DNA from: a virus
Taxonomy: Duplodnaviria > Heunggongvirae > Uroviricota > Caudoviricetes
IMG/VR virus record: IMGVR_UViG_2740892232_000009
DNA length: 18,870 nucleotides
Reading direction: 5' to 3' (one strand)
Notes under the pieces: generated by a model
Told to the model about the DNA's origin: nothing
The model's input: the letters and a program-made list of their open reading frames with translations, nothing else
Database searches by the model: none
Made by a program: the position numbers and the translations under genes
Shown: positions 9,109 through 16,820 of the stretch, one piece after another
Numbering within the stretch: position 1 is the first letter of the stretch
Layout: each line of letters begins with the position of its first letter

Positions 9109-9527
9109 AAATCAAGCATGAGCACATCGAATCAGTGTTGTTAGCCCTGGCTGCTGAAAAAGGGCAGGCATGGGTAGCCAATGCCATTACTGAAGAATAT
9201 CTGCGCCAGGGGGGCGGCGAATTGCCCCTGGTACCAGGCAAGGACTGGAACAATCAGCAGAATATCTATCACCGTTGGTTGAAAGGTGAAACGAAAGCGC
9301 AAAGGGAAAAAATTCAGAAACTGATCCCTGCGGTTCTGGCAATCCTTCCGCGCGAGCTGCGTCACCGACTCTGCATCTTCGATACCCTGGAACGCCGTGC
9401 ATTACTGGCGGCGCAGGAAGCGTTAAGTACGGCAATTGATGCGCATGATGATGCAGTCCAGGCCGTTTACCGGAAAGCGCATTTCAGCGGCGGCGGGTCT
9501 TCCGACGATTCTGTCATTGTTCATTAA
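9105..9527 (+). CDS. ydaT: YdaT (140 aa), co-transcribed with ydaS
   Basis: Translation MKIKHEHIESVLLALAAEKGQAWVANAITEEYLRQGGGELPLVPGKDW... Start overlaps the ydaS stop. Confidence 0.85.
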   Translation: MKIKHEHIESVLLALAAEKGQAWVANAITEEYLRQGGGELPLVPGKDWNNQQNIYHRWLKGETKAQREKIQKLIPAVLAILPRELRHRLCIFDTLERRALLAAQEALSTAIDAHDDAVQAVYRKAHFSGGGSSDDSVIVH

Positions 9528-9539
9528 GCAAAAGTTTCC

Positions 9540-10397
9540 ATGCTGTTTGTGCTTATTCTAAGCAACCGGGCAGCATCATACGGGGCAATTATGGCCGCAT
9601 TACCATACATGCAACTGTACATAGCTGATTACCTGGCTGACACCATGCATTTGTCAGCAGAGGAGCATGGTGCGTATTTGTTGCTGATGTTCAATTACTG
9701 GCAAACAGGAAAGCCAATACCTAAAAACAGGCTGGCAAAAATTGCCCGTCTGACTAACGAGCGATGGGCTGATGTTGAACCATCCTTGCAGGAGTTTTTT
9801 TGCGATAACGGCGAGGAATGGGTGCATCTTCGGATTGAGGAAGATCTGGCATCAGTCAGGGAAAAATTAACCAAAAAATCAGCCGCAGGAAAAGCATCTG
9901 TTCAGGCCAGAAGAAGCAGAAAGGAAGCAGATGTTCAAACAAAACAAGAGAGAAATTTAACAGGTGTTCAAACAGATGTTGAAGTGGTGTTTGAACATGA
10001 TGTCAACACAAAGGCAACTAATAAAGATACAGATAAAGATCTAAAAAAAGATCCCCCCCTAAATCCCCCCCGGGGGAATCGAGGTGTCAAAAAGTTTGAC
10101 CCTCTGGATATTGCTTTGCCGAACTGGATTTCTGTCTCGCTTTGGCGTGAGTGGGTTGAATTTCGCCAGGCATTGCGTAAACCGATTCGAACGGAGCAGG
10201 GCGCTAACGGGGCGATACGGGAGCTGGAAAAATTCCGCCAGCAGGGTTTTTCACCTGAGCAGGTGATTCGACACAGCATCGCCAATGAATACCAGGGCTT
10301 GTTCGCGCCAAAAGGTGTTCGACCTGAGACGTTACTCCGACAGGTTAACACCGTCTCGTTACCGGATAGTGCGATCCCGCCAGGCTTCAGGGGGTAA
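9540..10397 (+). CDS. ydaU: YdaU-like replication-module protein (285 aa), function not established
   Basis: Long ORF directly upstream of the DnaC-like gene. Alternative start ATG at 9591 has a slightly better upstream G-run. Acidic/basic low-complexity middle (KDTDKDLKKDPPLNPPRGNRG). Confidence 0.7.
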   Translation: MLFVLILSNRAASYGAIMAALPYMQLYIADYLADTMHLSAEEHGAYLLLMFNYWQTGKPIPKNRLAKIARLTNERWADVEPSLQEFFCDNGEEWVHLRIEEDLASVREKLTKKSAAGKASVQARRSRKEADVQTKQERNLTGVQTDVEVVFEHDVNTKATNKDTDKDLKKDPPLNPPRGNRGVKKFDPLDIALPNWISVSLWREWVEFRQALRKPIRTEQGANGAIRELEKFRQQGFSPEQVIRHSIANEYQGLFAPKGVRPETLLRQVNTVSLPDSAIPPGFRG

Positions 10398-10403
10398 CTG
10401 ACC

Positions 10404-11150
10404 ATGAAAAATATTGCGGCAGGCGGCATTCTTGAACGTATCCGTAGACTGGCCCCGCCACATGTAACCGCCCCATTCAAAACGGTAGCGGAGTGGCGCG
10501 AGTGGCAACTTTCCGAAGGCCAGAAACGTTGTGAGGAGATCAACCGTCAGAATCGTCAGTTGCGGGTGGAAAAAATTCTGAATCGCTCTGGCATCCAGCC
10601 ATTGCACCGCAAATGCTCGTTTTCGAATTACCAGGTGCAGAACGAAGGGCAGCGATACGCGTTGAGTCAGGCGAAATCCATCGCTGATGAACTGATGACC
10701 GGGTGTACAAATTTTGCGTTCAGCGGAAAACCTGGTACCGGGAAGAACCACTTAGCGGCAGCTATCGGGAATCACCTGCTGAAAGACGGTCAGACAGTGA
10801 TTGTGGTTACCGTGGCTGATGTTATGAGTGCCCTGCACGCCAGCTATGACGATGGGCAGTCAGGCGAAAAATTTTTGCGGGAACTGTGCGAAGTGGATCT
10901 GCTGGTTCTTGATGAAATTGGCATTCAGCGCGAGACGAAAAACGAGCAGGTGGTACTGCACCAGATTGTTGATCGCCGGACAGCGTCGATGCGCAGCGTG
11001 GGGATGCTGACAAACCTGAACTATGAGGCCATGAAAACATTGCTCGGCGAGCGGATTATGGATCGCATGACCATGAACGGCGGGCGATGGGTGAATTTTA
11101 ACTGGGAGAGCTGGCGTCCGAATGTCGTCCAGCCAGGAATTGCGAAGTAA
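10404..11150 (+). CDS. ydaV: DnaC-like AAA+ helicase-loader / replication protein (248 aa)
   Basis: Walker [11 protein letters not shown] and Walker [10 protein letters not shown] are visible in the translation. Position matches the lambdoid P/DnaC-like gene. Confidence 0.85.
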   Translation: MKNIAAGGILERIRRLAPPHVTAPFKTVAEWREWQLSEGQKRCEEINRQNRQLRVEKILNRSGIQPLHRKCSFSNYQVQNEGQRYALSQAKSIADELMTGCTNFAFSGKPGTGKNHLAAAIGNHLLKDGQTVIVVTVADVMSALHASYDDGQSGEKFLRELCEVDLLVLDEIGIQRETKNEQVVLHQIVDRRTASMRSVGMLTNLNYEAMKTLLGERIMDRMTMNGGRWVNFNWESWRPNVVQPGIAK

Positions 11151-11172
11151 TTTTTACCGGGAGAAAAATTTA

Positions 11173-11934
11173 ATGGAGACTGTTTTTGACGCACTGAAAG
11201 CAATGGGAAAAGCCACATCCATAGAACTTGCTGCGCGACTTGATATCAGTCGTGAAGAAGTGCTGAACGAACTATGGGAACTGAAAAAGGCTGGTTTTGT
11301 TGATAAAAGCGCGTACACCTGGCGTGTGGCTGATAACAACGTTCAGCAGGAACAGCCAGCGCAGGCAGAACTGCCGGAAGAAACCACCACAGCAACAGTA
11401 GCGAAAATCTCAGAGTGCGATTTAACCGCGACGATTGAACAACGCGGACCACAAACGGCTGATGAGTTGGCTACATTGTTCGGTACCACATCACGCAAAG
11501 TGGCTTCAACGCTGGCAATGGCTATCAGCAAAGGTCGTCTGATTCGCATTAATCAGAACGGTAAATTTCGTTACTGCATACCGGGTGATAATTTACCAGC
11601 AGAGCCGAAAGTTGAATCGGTAGCGGAAACCGATGGTAAAGCCTTTCCTCAGCCAGCAGGTGTTGCGTTACCAGTACAGGAAGCTGCAACACAGGAAGAT
11701 ATTAAAACAGAAACTGTGGCTGATATTGTGCAGTCGTTGCCATCGTTTACTGAAACGCGAGCGGATGACCTGGTTTTACCATCGCTGCATATGGCAAACC
11801 GCGAATTGCGTCGGGCGAAAAGTCATGTCCAGAAGTGGGAGCGAGTCTGCGCCGCGCTGCGGGAGCTGAACAAGCACCGGGATATTGTTCGACAGATTAC
11901 GGATTCTTCCCGCCGTATTGTATCGGAAAAGTGA
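11173..11934 (+). CDS. ydaW: YdaW-like protein with repeated HTH-like segments (253 aa from ATG 11173)
   Basis: Translation [43 protein letters not shown]..., with a second similar segment [36 protein letters not shown] lies 9 nt upstream of the ATG. The ORF-track start at 11122 overlaps ydaV. Confidence 0.65.
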   Translation: METVFDALKAMGKATSIELAARLDISREEVLNELWELKKAGFVDKSAYTWRVADNNVQQEQPAQAELPEETTTATVAKISECDLTATIEQRGPQTADELATLFGTTSRKVASTLAMAISKGRLIRINQNGKFRYCIPGDNLPAEPKVESVAETDGKAFPQPAGVALPVQEAATQEDIKTETVADIVQSLPSFTETRADDLVLPSLHMANRELRRAKSHVQKWERVCAALRELNKHRDIVRQITDSSRRIVSEK

Positions 11935-11949
11935 TTGCCGGAGGCGCTT

Positions 11950-12279
11950 ATGGCAAAAGTATTTACACAAGAAGGGCGGGAAAAAATTAAAGGGCAGGTT
12001 GTTGAACTCGTGCGCCATAGTGGGCGCGAGACGTTACGACAACTGGAAGCTAAGACAGGTGCGACAAGATATCTGATGAACCTTCTTGCCAGAGAATTGG
12101 TTGCGAGCGGTGATGTATACAACTCTGGTTACGGGTTATTTCCCTCAGAACAGGTTCGTAAAGACTGGCAAAACGCCCGCAAAAAACTATCAAGGGCAAA
12201 GGTGAAGAAACCGGTTGTGGTTGATCCTGACCTTATCTGGTCATTACCTGACGGAGAAATCCGTCGCCTTAGTCTTTGA
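11950..12279 (+). CDS. Hypothetical protein (109 aa) with one HTH-like segment resembling those in YdaW
   Basis: ATG 11950 preceded by GGAGG (11940-11944) with 5-nt spacer. Segment ETLRQLEAKTGATRYLMNLLARELVASGDVY. No family recognised. Confidence 0.55.
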   Translation: MAKVFTQEGREKIKGQVVELVRHSGRETLRQLEAKTGATRYLMNLLARELVASGDVYNSGYGLFPSEQVRKDWQNARKKLSRAKVKKPVVVDPDLIWSLPDGEIRRLSL

Positions 12280-12314
12280 TAATAGGTTTATAATGTTGAA
12301 AAAGAGTCTAATAG

Positions 12315-12347
12315 TTGACATTGTATGAAATATGATTGTTATATAAA
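12315..12347 (+). promoter_or_regulatory. Promoter-like element upstream of the NTPase gene
   Basis: Perfect -35 hexamer TTGACA at 12315-12320, followed 18-19 bp later by an A/T-rich -10-like stretch TTATATAAA (12339-12347), about 35 bp before the ATG at 12381. Confidence 0.45.
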
Positions 12348-12380
12348 ATGATTTTTTTGGATACTGTTTAAGGTAAACAA

Positions 12381-14639
12381 ATGAAACCAGAATACTTAAG
12401 AAAAATAGAATCATTGCAACGTGAGGTTGATGATTTCCATCCAGTGCTAAGAGCGCTTCTACCACGTTTGCCGACTGTTACACATGTTGAATATAAGCAA
12501 GGACCATCAGAAAAAGGTGCTGATTTTGTCATAATTAAACGAGATGAGGCATTAGACGAGGAAATATATATTGGTGTTATTTGTAAAGTTGGAAAGATAA
12601 TTCAGTCAAATAGTGAGGTTGAACGACAAATAGAAGAGTGTCAATTATATCCACGCTTTATTTCTTCTGGCTCTAAGAACATACATTTGAATGAAATTTG
12701 GGTTATTACTAATTCATCGATCTCAAATAATGCTCAAGAAAAAATTTACTTGAAATTCAAATCTACAAATATAAAATTTATAGAGGGTGAAAAAATATGT
12801 TCTTTAATCAGTAAATATTACCCAGAGTTTTGGGATTTCGAATCCATTAATTATGAACAATACTTAACAGATACATTGCAAACCATAAGTGATACACCTG
12901 AAAGCTCTTTTTTTGGTAGTGTTGGCATAAATAACCTTATTGATAGATATGTAAGCAAGGAAGATCATAAAAAACGCAGACACAGGCCGTTAAAACTGTA
13001 TAGTGTTGTGAGAGCCGAGAGATTTATTTTTTTAGAGGGAACCGTTGGCTCTGGGAAAAGTACTTTGCTGAAACAGTTAATTAGAAAAATAAAAGAAGAA
13101 TATTCTTACGAAAAAGACTACATCCTTCCAGTATTTTGTCAATACAAGGATGTTCTAGAAAAAAAACTTAATGTTGAAAATATAATACAAAGTGTGTTAA
13201 GTAAGTACAAAATACAACATGATGGGAATATTTTATTAATTGTTGATTCGGTGGATGAAGTAAAGGAATCACTTGAGGAAAGGCAAAACAACTTCAGGGA
13301 CATTGTAGAGAAAGTATCCAGGAATGATAAAATTCGATTACTAGTTGCTTCAAGAATTATGGATTCTCTTCAGGACTATGAAGTTATCGATCAGATGTTT
13401 GCAAGATACTCGATAATACCACTTAGCACAGGTCAAATAATCGACTTTGTAGATAAAATCTGCAATGACATTAAAATAACAAATAAACTTAAAAATGGTA
13501 TAGAAAAAACACCACTATTTAAGTTCATTCCCAGGACTCCAGTGAGCGCTATTCTTCTGGCAAGAATACTCTCTGATGAGATTAAAGAATTACCATCTAC
13601 AATGACAGAACTATACTCAAAATACAGTGAGATAGTATTGGGACGATGGGATACATCTAAGGGATTATTATCGCAAACAGAATATGATGTAATAAGTAAT
13701 ATATTAGTAGAAATTGCGATATTTATGATGGATAACTCTCTAAACTGCATATCAATTTCAGAAGTGCAGGACATGTTTTTAAATTATTTGGCCAAAAGAA
13801 ACTTGAATGTTGATGAGGACAAACTTTTCAAAAGACTAATTTATCGCAGTGAAGTAACAACAGTTAATGTTAGAAGTAATACGTTCTCATTTCTACACAG
13901 ATCATTCATGGAGTATTTTTACGCTGAAGGACTTAGGAAGCGTGGCCTAATAGACATAAATGATAATATTTATGATATTTATTGGGCAAATAGTTATTTC
14001 TTCTATTTTGGTTTGTTAAGAGACAATGAATATCTTATTGATAAAATTAATGAACTTAAACCTAGTAACGATAAAACAAGATTTTTAAGGTTATTTTATA
14101 ACGGTTCTTTTTATTTGGCTTCATATCTAACTCCGTATAAAAAAATAACGAGGGGAGTCCTTTTATCATATATAGATGCAGGTAAATTATATGTTGATAT
14201 TCTCAAGGGAAATACCGACATCCCGCTGAAGGAGTTTTCACCAGTAGCTCTTCTTTGTATTTTCACAAAGTGTTTAAGTAACAATTACGCATATGATTTT
14301 TTCAAATCTGCCTTGGAAGACTTGTCAGTTCAAATTGAACAATATGAGGAAATTGGTGAACATATTGATTATGCACGTTTCTTCATAGCATCAACACTGA
14401 ATGAGCTCGGGGATAAATCCGCATTTGATAGCTTAGTGGAAAAAAATAAATTAGGTGTTTTGATTAATTTAGGGATAACTCACGTTACAGACGACTCAGG
14501 GCTACTTAGCACTACGGTTGATAAGTACCTGAAAAAATTCAATAAAAAAGTACGAAGTAACCATGATATGTCTAATTATATATCTAAGTTATATGAGGAA
14601 TCTACAGGTTCCTTACGTACAAACCTGCAAATTCAATAA
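12381..14639 (+). CDS. STAND / NACHT-type P-loop NTPase (752 aa) with N-terminal restriction-endonuclease-like (Mrr-like) region; candidate antiphage defence protein
   Basis: Walker A LEGTVGSGKST (residues 218-228, nt 13032-13064). Walker B with the NACHT acidic pair LLIVDSVDE (286-294). Sensor-1-like LLVASR (320-325). N-terminal GPSEKGADFVII ... EIYIGVICK resembles the Mrr catalytic motifs. Gene is visibly AT-rich relative to its flanks. Confidence 0.7.
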   Translation: MKPEYLRKIESLQREVDDFHPVLRALLPRLPTVTHVEYKQGPSEKGADFVIIKRDEALDEEIYIGVICKVGKIIQSNSEVERQIEECQLYPRFISSGSKNIHLNEIWVITNSSISNNAQEKIYLKFKSTNIKFIEGEKICSLISKYYPEFWDFESINYEQYLTDTLQTISDTPESSFFGSVGINNLIDRYVSKEDHKKRRHRPLKLYSVVRAERFIFLEGTVGSGKSTLLKQLIRKIKEEYSYEKDYILPVFCQYKDVLEKKLNVENIIQSVLSKYKIQHDGNILLIVDSVDEVKESLEERQNNFRDIVEKVSRNDKIRLLVASRIMDSLQDYEVIDQMFARYSIIPLSTGQIIDFVDKICNDIKITNKLKNGIEKTPLFKFIPRTPVSAILLARILSDEIKELPSTMTELYSKYSEIVLGRWDTSKGLLSQTEYDVISNILVEIAIFMMDNSLNCISISEVQDMFLNYLAKRNLNVDEDKLFKRLIYRSEVTTVNVRSNTFSFLHRSFMEYFYAEGLRKRGLIDINDNIYDIYWANSYFFYFGLLRDNEYLIDKINELKPSNDKTRFLRLFYNGSFYLASYLTPYKKITRGVLLSYIDAGKLYVDILKGNTDIPLKEFSPVALLCIFTKCLSNNYAYDFFKSALEDLSVQIEQYEEIGEHIDYARFFIASTLNELGDKSAFDSLVEKNKLGVLINLGITHVTDDSGLLSTTVDKYLKKFNKKVRSNHDMSNYISKLYEESTGSLRTNLQIQ

Positions 14640-14650
14640 TAAATAGATTG

Positions 14651-14685
14651 TCACATTGAAGGTAACGTATCGACCTTCAATGTGA
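14651..14685 (+). terminator. Perfect 13-bp inverted repeat (TCACATTGAAGGT / ACCTTCAATGTGA, 9-nt loop) 11 bp after the NTPase stop; possible terminator
   Basis: Arms at 14651-14663 and 14673-14685. The downstream tract is only moderately U-rich, so intrinsic-terminator function is uncertain. Confidence 0.4.
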
Positions 14686-15007
14686 TGATTATCCTCTTGA
14701 TAATATAGCTTAAGCTACTTTCGACTTTCTGAGACAAAGAGATTGCAGAATGTATCAATCATAGTGAAGCTATCGTAAATGTTCGCACGTCGCTCAAATC
14801 AGATAGTCATATTTGAGTGAACTGCTTACTCAAAATGCTGGTTGGGGCCTGACTTAATACATCTGAAGAAGTGTTGGTTATGTTTGGCTGTTGTGTTCCA
14901 TTGCCAAAGAAAAAATAGATAAACTATACCCAATAGTTGTATTGAATCACTGACGAGACAGCCTCATATTTATCAGGACTGGTGTGCGTCCAATACAGGA
15001 GGTTGTC

Positions 15008-15097
15008 GTGCTGGTTCTCAAATGTGCGCTGGCTATTGCTGCTGTAATAGCAATTTATTGTCTTGCTGTTGTTCTTATGGATCGCCTTTCTGATTGA
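15008..15097 (+). CDS. Candidate small hydrophobic peptide (29 aa), single predicted transmembrane helix
   Basis: AGGAGG at 14997-15002, 5-nt spacer, GTG at 15008. Translation (M)LVLKCALAIAAVIAIYCLAVVLMDRLSD, stop TGA 15095-15097. Promoter-like TTGAAT (14942-14947), 17 bp, CATATT (14965-14970) upstream. Confidence 0.4.
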   Translation: MLVLKCALAIAAVIAIYCLAVVLMDRLSD

Positions 15098-15308
15098 TTT
15101 TATATTGGCGAGGTGACGGGAGTTAAGTAGAATTGCTGCGGGTGCTTGAGGCTATCTGCCTCGGGCATGAACACCAAAGGCAGATAGAGAAAAGCCCCAG
15201 TTAACATTACGCGTCCGGCAAGACGCTTAACATTAATCTGAGGCCAATTTCATGCTTTGCACATGTAGGTTAGCCTCTTACGTGCCGAAAGGCAAGGAGA
15301 AGCAGGCT

Positions 15309-15464
15309 ATGAAGCAGCAAAAGGCGATGTTAATCGCCCTGATCGTCATCTGTTTAACCGTCATTGTGACGGCACTGGTAACGAGGAAAGACCTCTGCGA
15401 GGTACGAATCCGAACCGGGCAGACGGAGGTCGCTGTCTTCACAGCTTACGAACCTGAGGAGTAA
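15309..15464 (+). CDS. hokD: Hok-family type I toxin (51 aa)
   Basis: Translation MKQQKAMLIALIVICLTVIVTALVTRKDLCEVRIRTGQTEVAVFTAYEPEE. AGGAG at 15295-15299 upstream of ATG 15309. An in-frame upstream ATG at 15252 gives the 70-aa ORF-track version. Confidence 0.85.
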   Translation: MKQQKAMLIALIVICLTVIVTALVTRKDLCEVRIRTGQTEVAVFTAYEPEE

Positions 15465-15471
15465 GAGACCG

Positions 15472-15493
15472 GGCGAGGGAGAAATCCCTCGCC
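15472..15493 (+). other. 9-bp stem with GAAA tetraloop (GGCGAGGGA-GAAA-TCCCTCGCC), 8 bp after the hokD stop; 3' structure of the hok mRNA or weak terminator
   Basis: Perfect complementarity read directly from the sequence; no U-tract follows. Confidence 0.45.
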
Positions 15494-15930
15494 ACCTCTG
15501 ATGTATTATGCATCCTCAACGCACCCACACTTAACCAGCTTTGGCGGGTTTATTTTATCTGTAAATATTTTTATAAAAATAATGCCCACGCACAGCATAA
15601 AACAAAAAGTATTACAGATAAAAAAGGAGCGTAATGTGCAGATTTGTTGTTTTCCATATTTACTCACCTTAATATGATTAATCCTGATAGGGTTGTTATT
15701 TCAGTGGTTTTCAAATGAGATATTATGGTGATCTGGTAGATTTGCATAACATTAAAATTTAATTTGTTTAACCGCTTTTAATAATAAGCGTTGTTTTTAT
15801 CCCAGCAATCTGTTGTTTGGTTTTTATTCCATCAATGTGGGGGCTTTACACTGGAATCAGTTTATTTATACTTTATACGTCGGCCTGAACAACTGGCATC
15901 TGCTGCACTGCGCCATCGAGAGATTGACAA

Positions 15931-16530
15931 ATGGCGCATATACAACTGGTCAAACAAACCTCTTCTGGTTTACTTCTCCCGGCGACGCCGGAGAGTTGCG
16001 ATTTCCTGCATCAAATCAAAATAGGTGAGTGGATACACGCAGACTTTAAGCGTGTGCGTAACTACGCATTCCACAAGCGTTTTTTCAAACTCCTGCAACT
16101 GGGATTCGATTACTGGACTCCGGTCGGTGGGGCGATCACGCCTCGCGAACGAGAACTGCTGTCTGGTTTCGTTGATTACCTGTGCGAATCAGTTGGTCGG
16201 GAACACACGCCAGCCCTGAGTGATGCCGCAGAGCAATATCTGAATACAGTTGCGACACGCAGAACTCGGGATACGGCATTGCTAAAGTCGTTTGAGGCTT
16301 TTCGCGAGTGGGTAACCATTCAGGCTGGATTTTACACCGAACATTTTTATCCGGACGGTAGCCATGGGCGTCGGGCGAAATCCATCGCTTTTGCGAATAT
16401 GGACGAAACCGAGTTTCAGCAGGTTTATAAATCTGTTCTGAATGTGCTGTGGAACTGGATTCTGTTCCGTAAATTTTCCTCTCCGGAACAAGTCGAAAAT
16501 GTGGCCGCGCAGCTGCTGGAGTTTGCGTAA
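15931..16530 (+). CDS. nin-region protein of unknown function (199 aa), upstream of and coupled to the YbcO-like gene
   Basis: ATG 15931; stop TAA 16528-16530 overlaps the next start (TAATG). Family not confidently recognised; position corresponds to the lambdoid nin region. Confidence 0.6.
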   Translation: MAHIQLVKQTSSGLLLPATPESCDFLHQIKIGEWIHADFKRVRNYAFHKRFFKLLQLGFDYWTPVGGAITPRERELLSGFVDYLCESVGREHTPALSDAAEQYLNTVATRRTRDTALLKSFEAFREWVTIQAGFYTEHFYPDGSHGRRAKSIAFANMDETEFQQVYKSVLNVLWNWILFRKFSSPEQVENVAAQLLEFA

Positions 16531-16820
16531 TGGTGGATTTACGTAAAGCGGCGCGGGGGCAGATGTGCACCGTCAGAATTCCTGGCTACTGCAATCACGA
16601 TCCGGAAACGTCTGTGCTGGCGCATTACCGACTGGCGGGAACGTGCGGAATAGCGACAAAACCACACGATATGCAGGCGGCGATTGCCTGTAGCTCATGC
16701 CACGATCTAATCGACGGGCGGGTAAAAACCAGCGATTACACCAAAGAAGAATTACGCCTGATGCATGCAGAAGGTGTTTTTCGCACACAAGAAATCTGGA
16801 GAAAGGAGGGATATTTGTGA
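16530..16820 (+). CDS. YbcO-like Cys-rich protein (96 aa), putative metal-binding nuclease family
   Basis: Translation MVDLRKAARGQMCTVRIPGYCNHDPETSVLAHYRLAGTCGIATKPHDMQAAIACSSCHDLIDGR... closely resembles recalled DLP12 YbcO. Cys spacing C13, C21, C39, C54, C57. Confidence 0.75.
   Translation: MVDLRKAARGQMCTVRIPGYCNHDPETSVLAHYRLAGTCGIATKPHDMQAAIACSSCHDLIDGRVKTSDYTKEELRLMHAEGVFRTQEIWRKEGYL

Noticed and set aside
9968-10751. Minus-strand ORFs 9968..10543 (191 aa) and 10359..10751 (130 aa)
   Set aside because: Antisense to ydaU and ydaV, which have clear motifs and coupling; translations are Ser/Arg-rich with no recognisable features.
11885-12465. ORFs 11885..12076 (+), 11776..12122 (-) and 12244..12465 (-)
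   Set aside because: They overlap the better-supported ydaW and following ORF, or the promoter region and 5' end of the NTPase gene, without start signals.
13433-13774. Minus-strand 113-aa ORF inside the NTPase gene
   Set aside because: Antisense shadow in an AT-rich gene; the plus frame carries the Walker and NACHT motifs continuously.
15634-15672. 12-codon ORF (MCRFVVFHIYSP) with AAGGAG RBS in the AT-rich spacer after hokD
   Set aside because: Too short to assess; good RBS-like strings arise by chance in AT-rich DNA. Not reported as a gene.
16136-16570. Minus-strand ORFs 16136..16570 and 16282..16491
   Set aside because: Antisense to the nin-region gene, which is translationally coupled to the YbcO-like gene; no RBS.
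16697-16816. Upstream 40-codon extension of the Q ORF
   Set aside because: It overlaps the YbcO-like gene out of frame; the GTG at 16817 has a consensus AGGAGGG RBS and overlaps the upstream stop.
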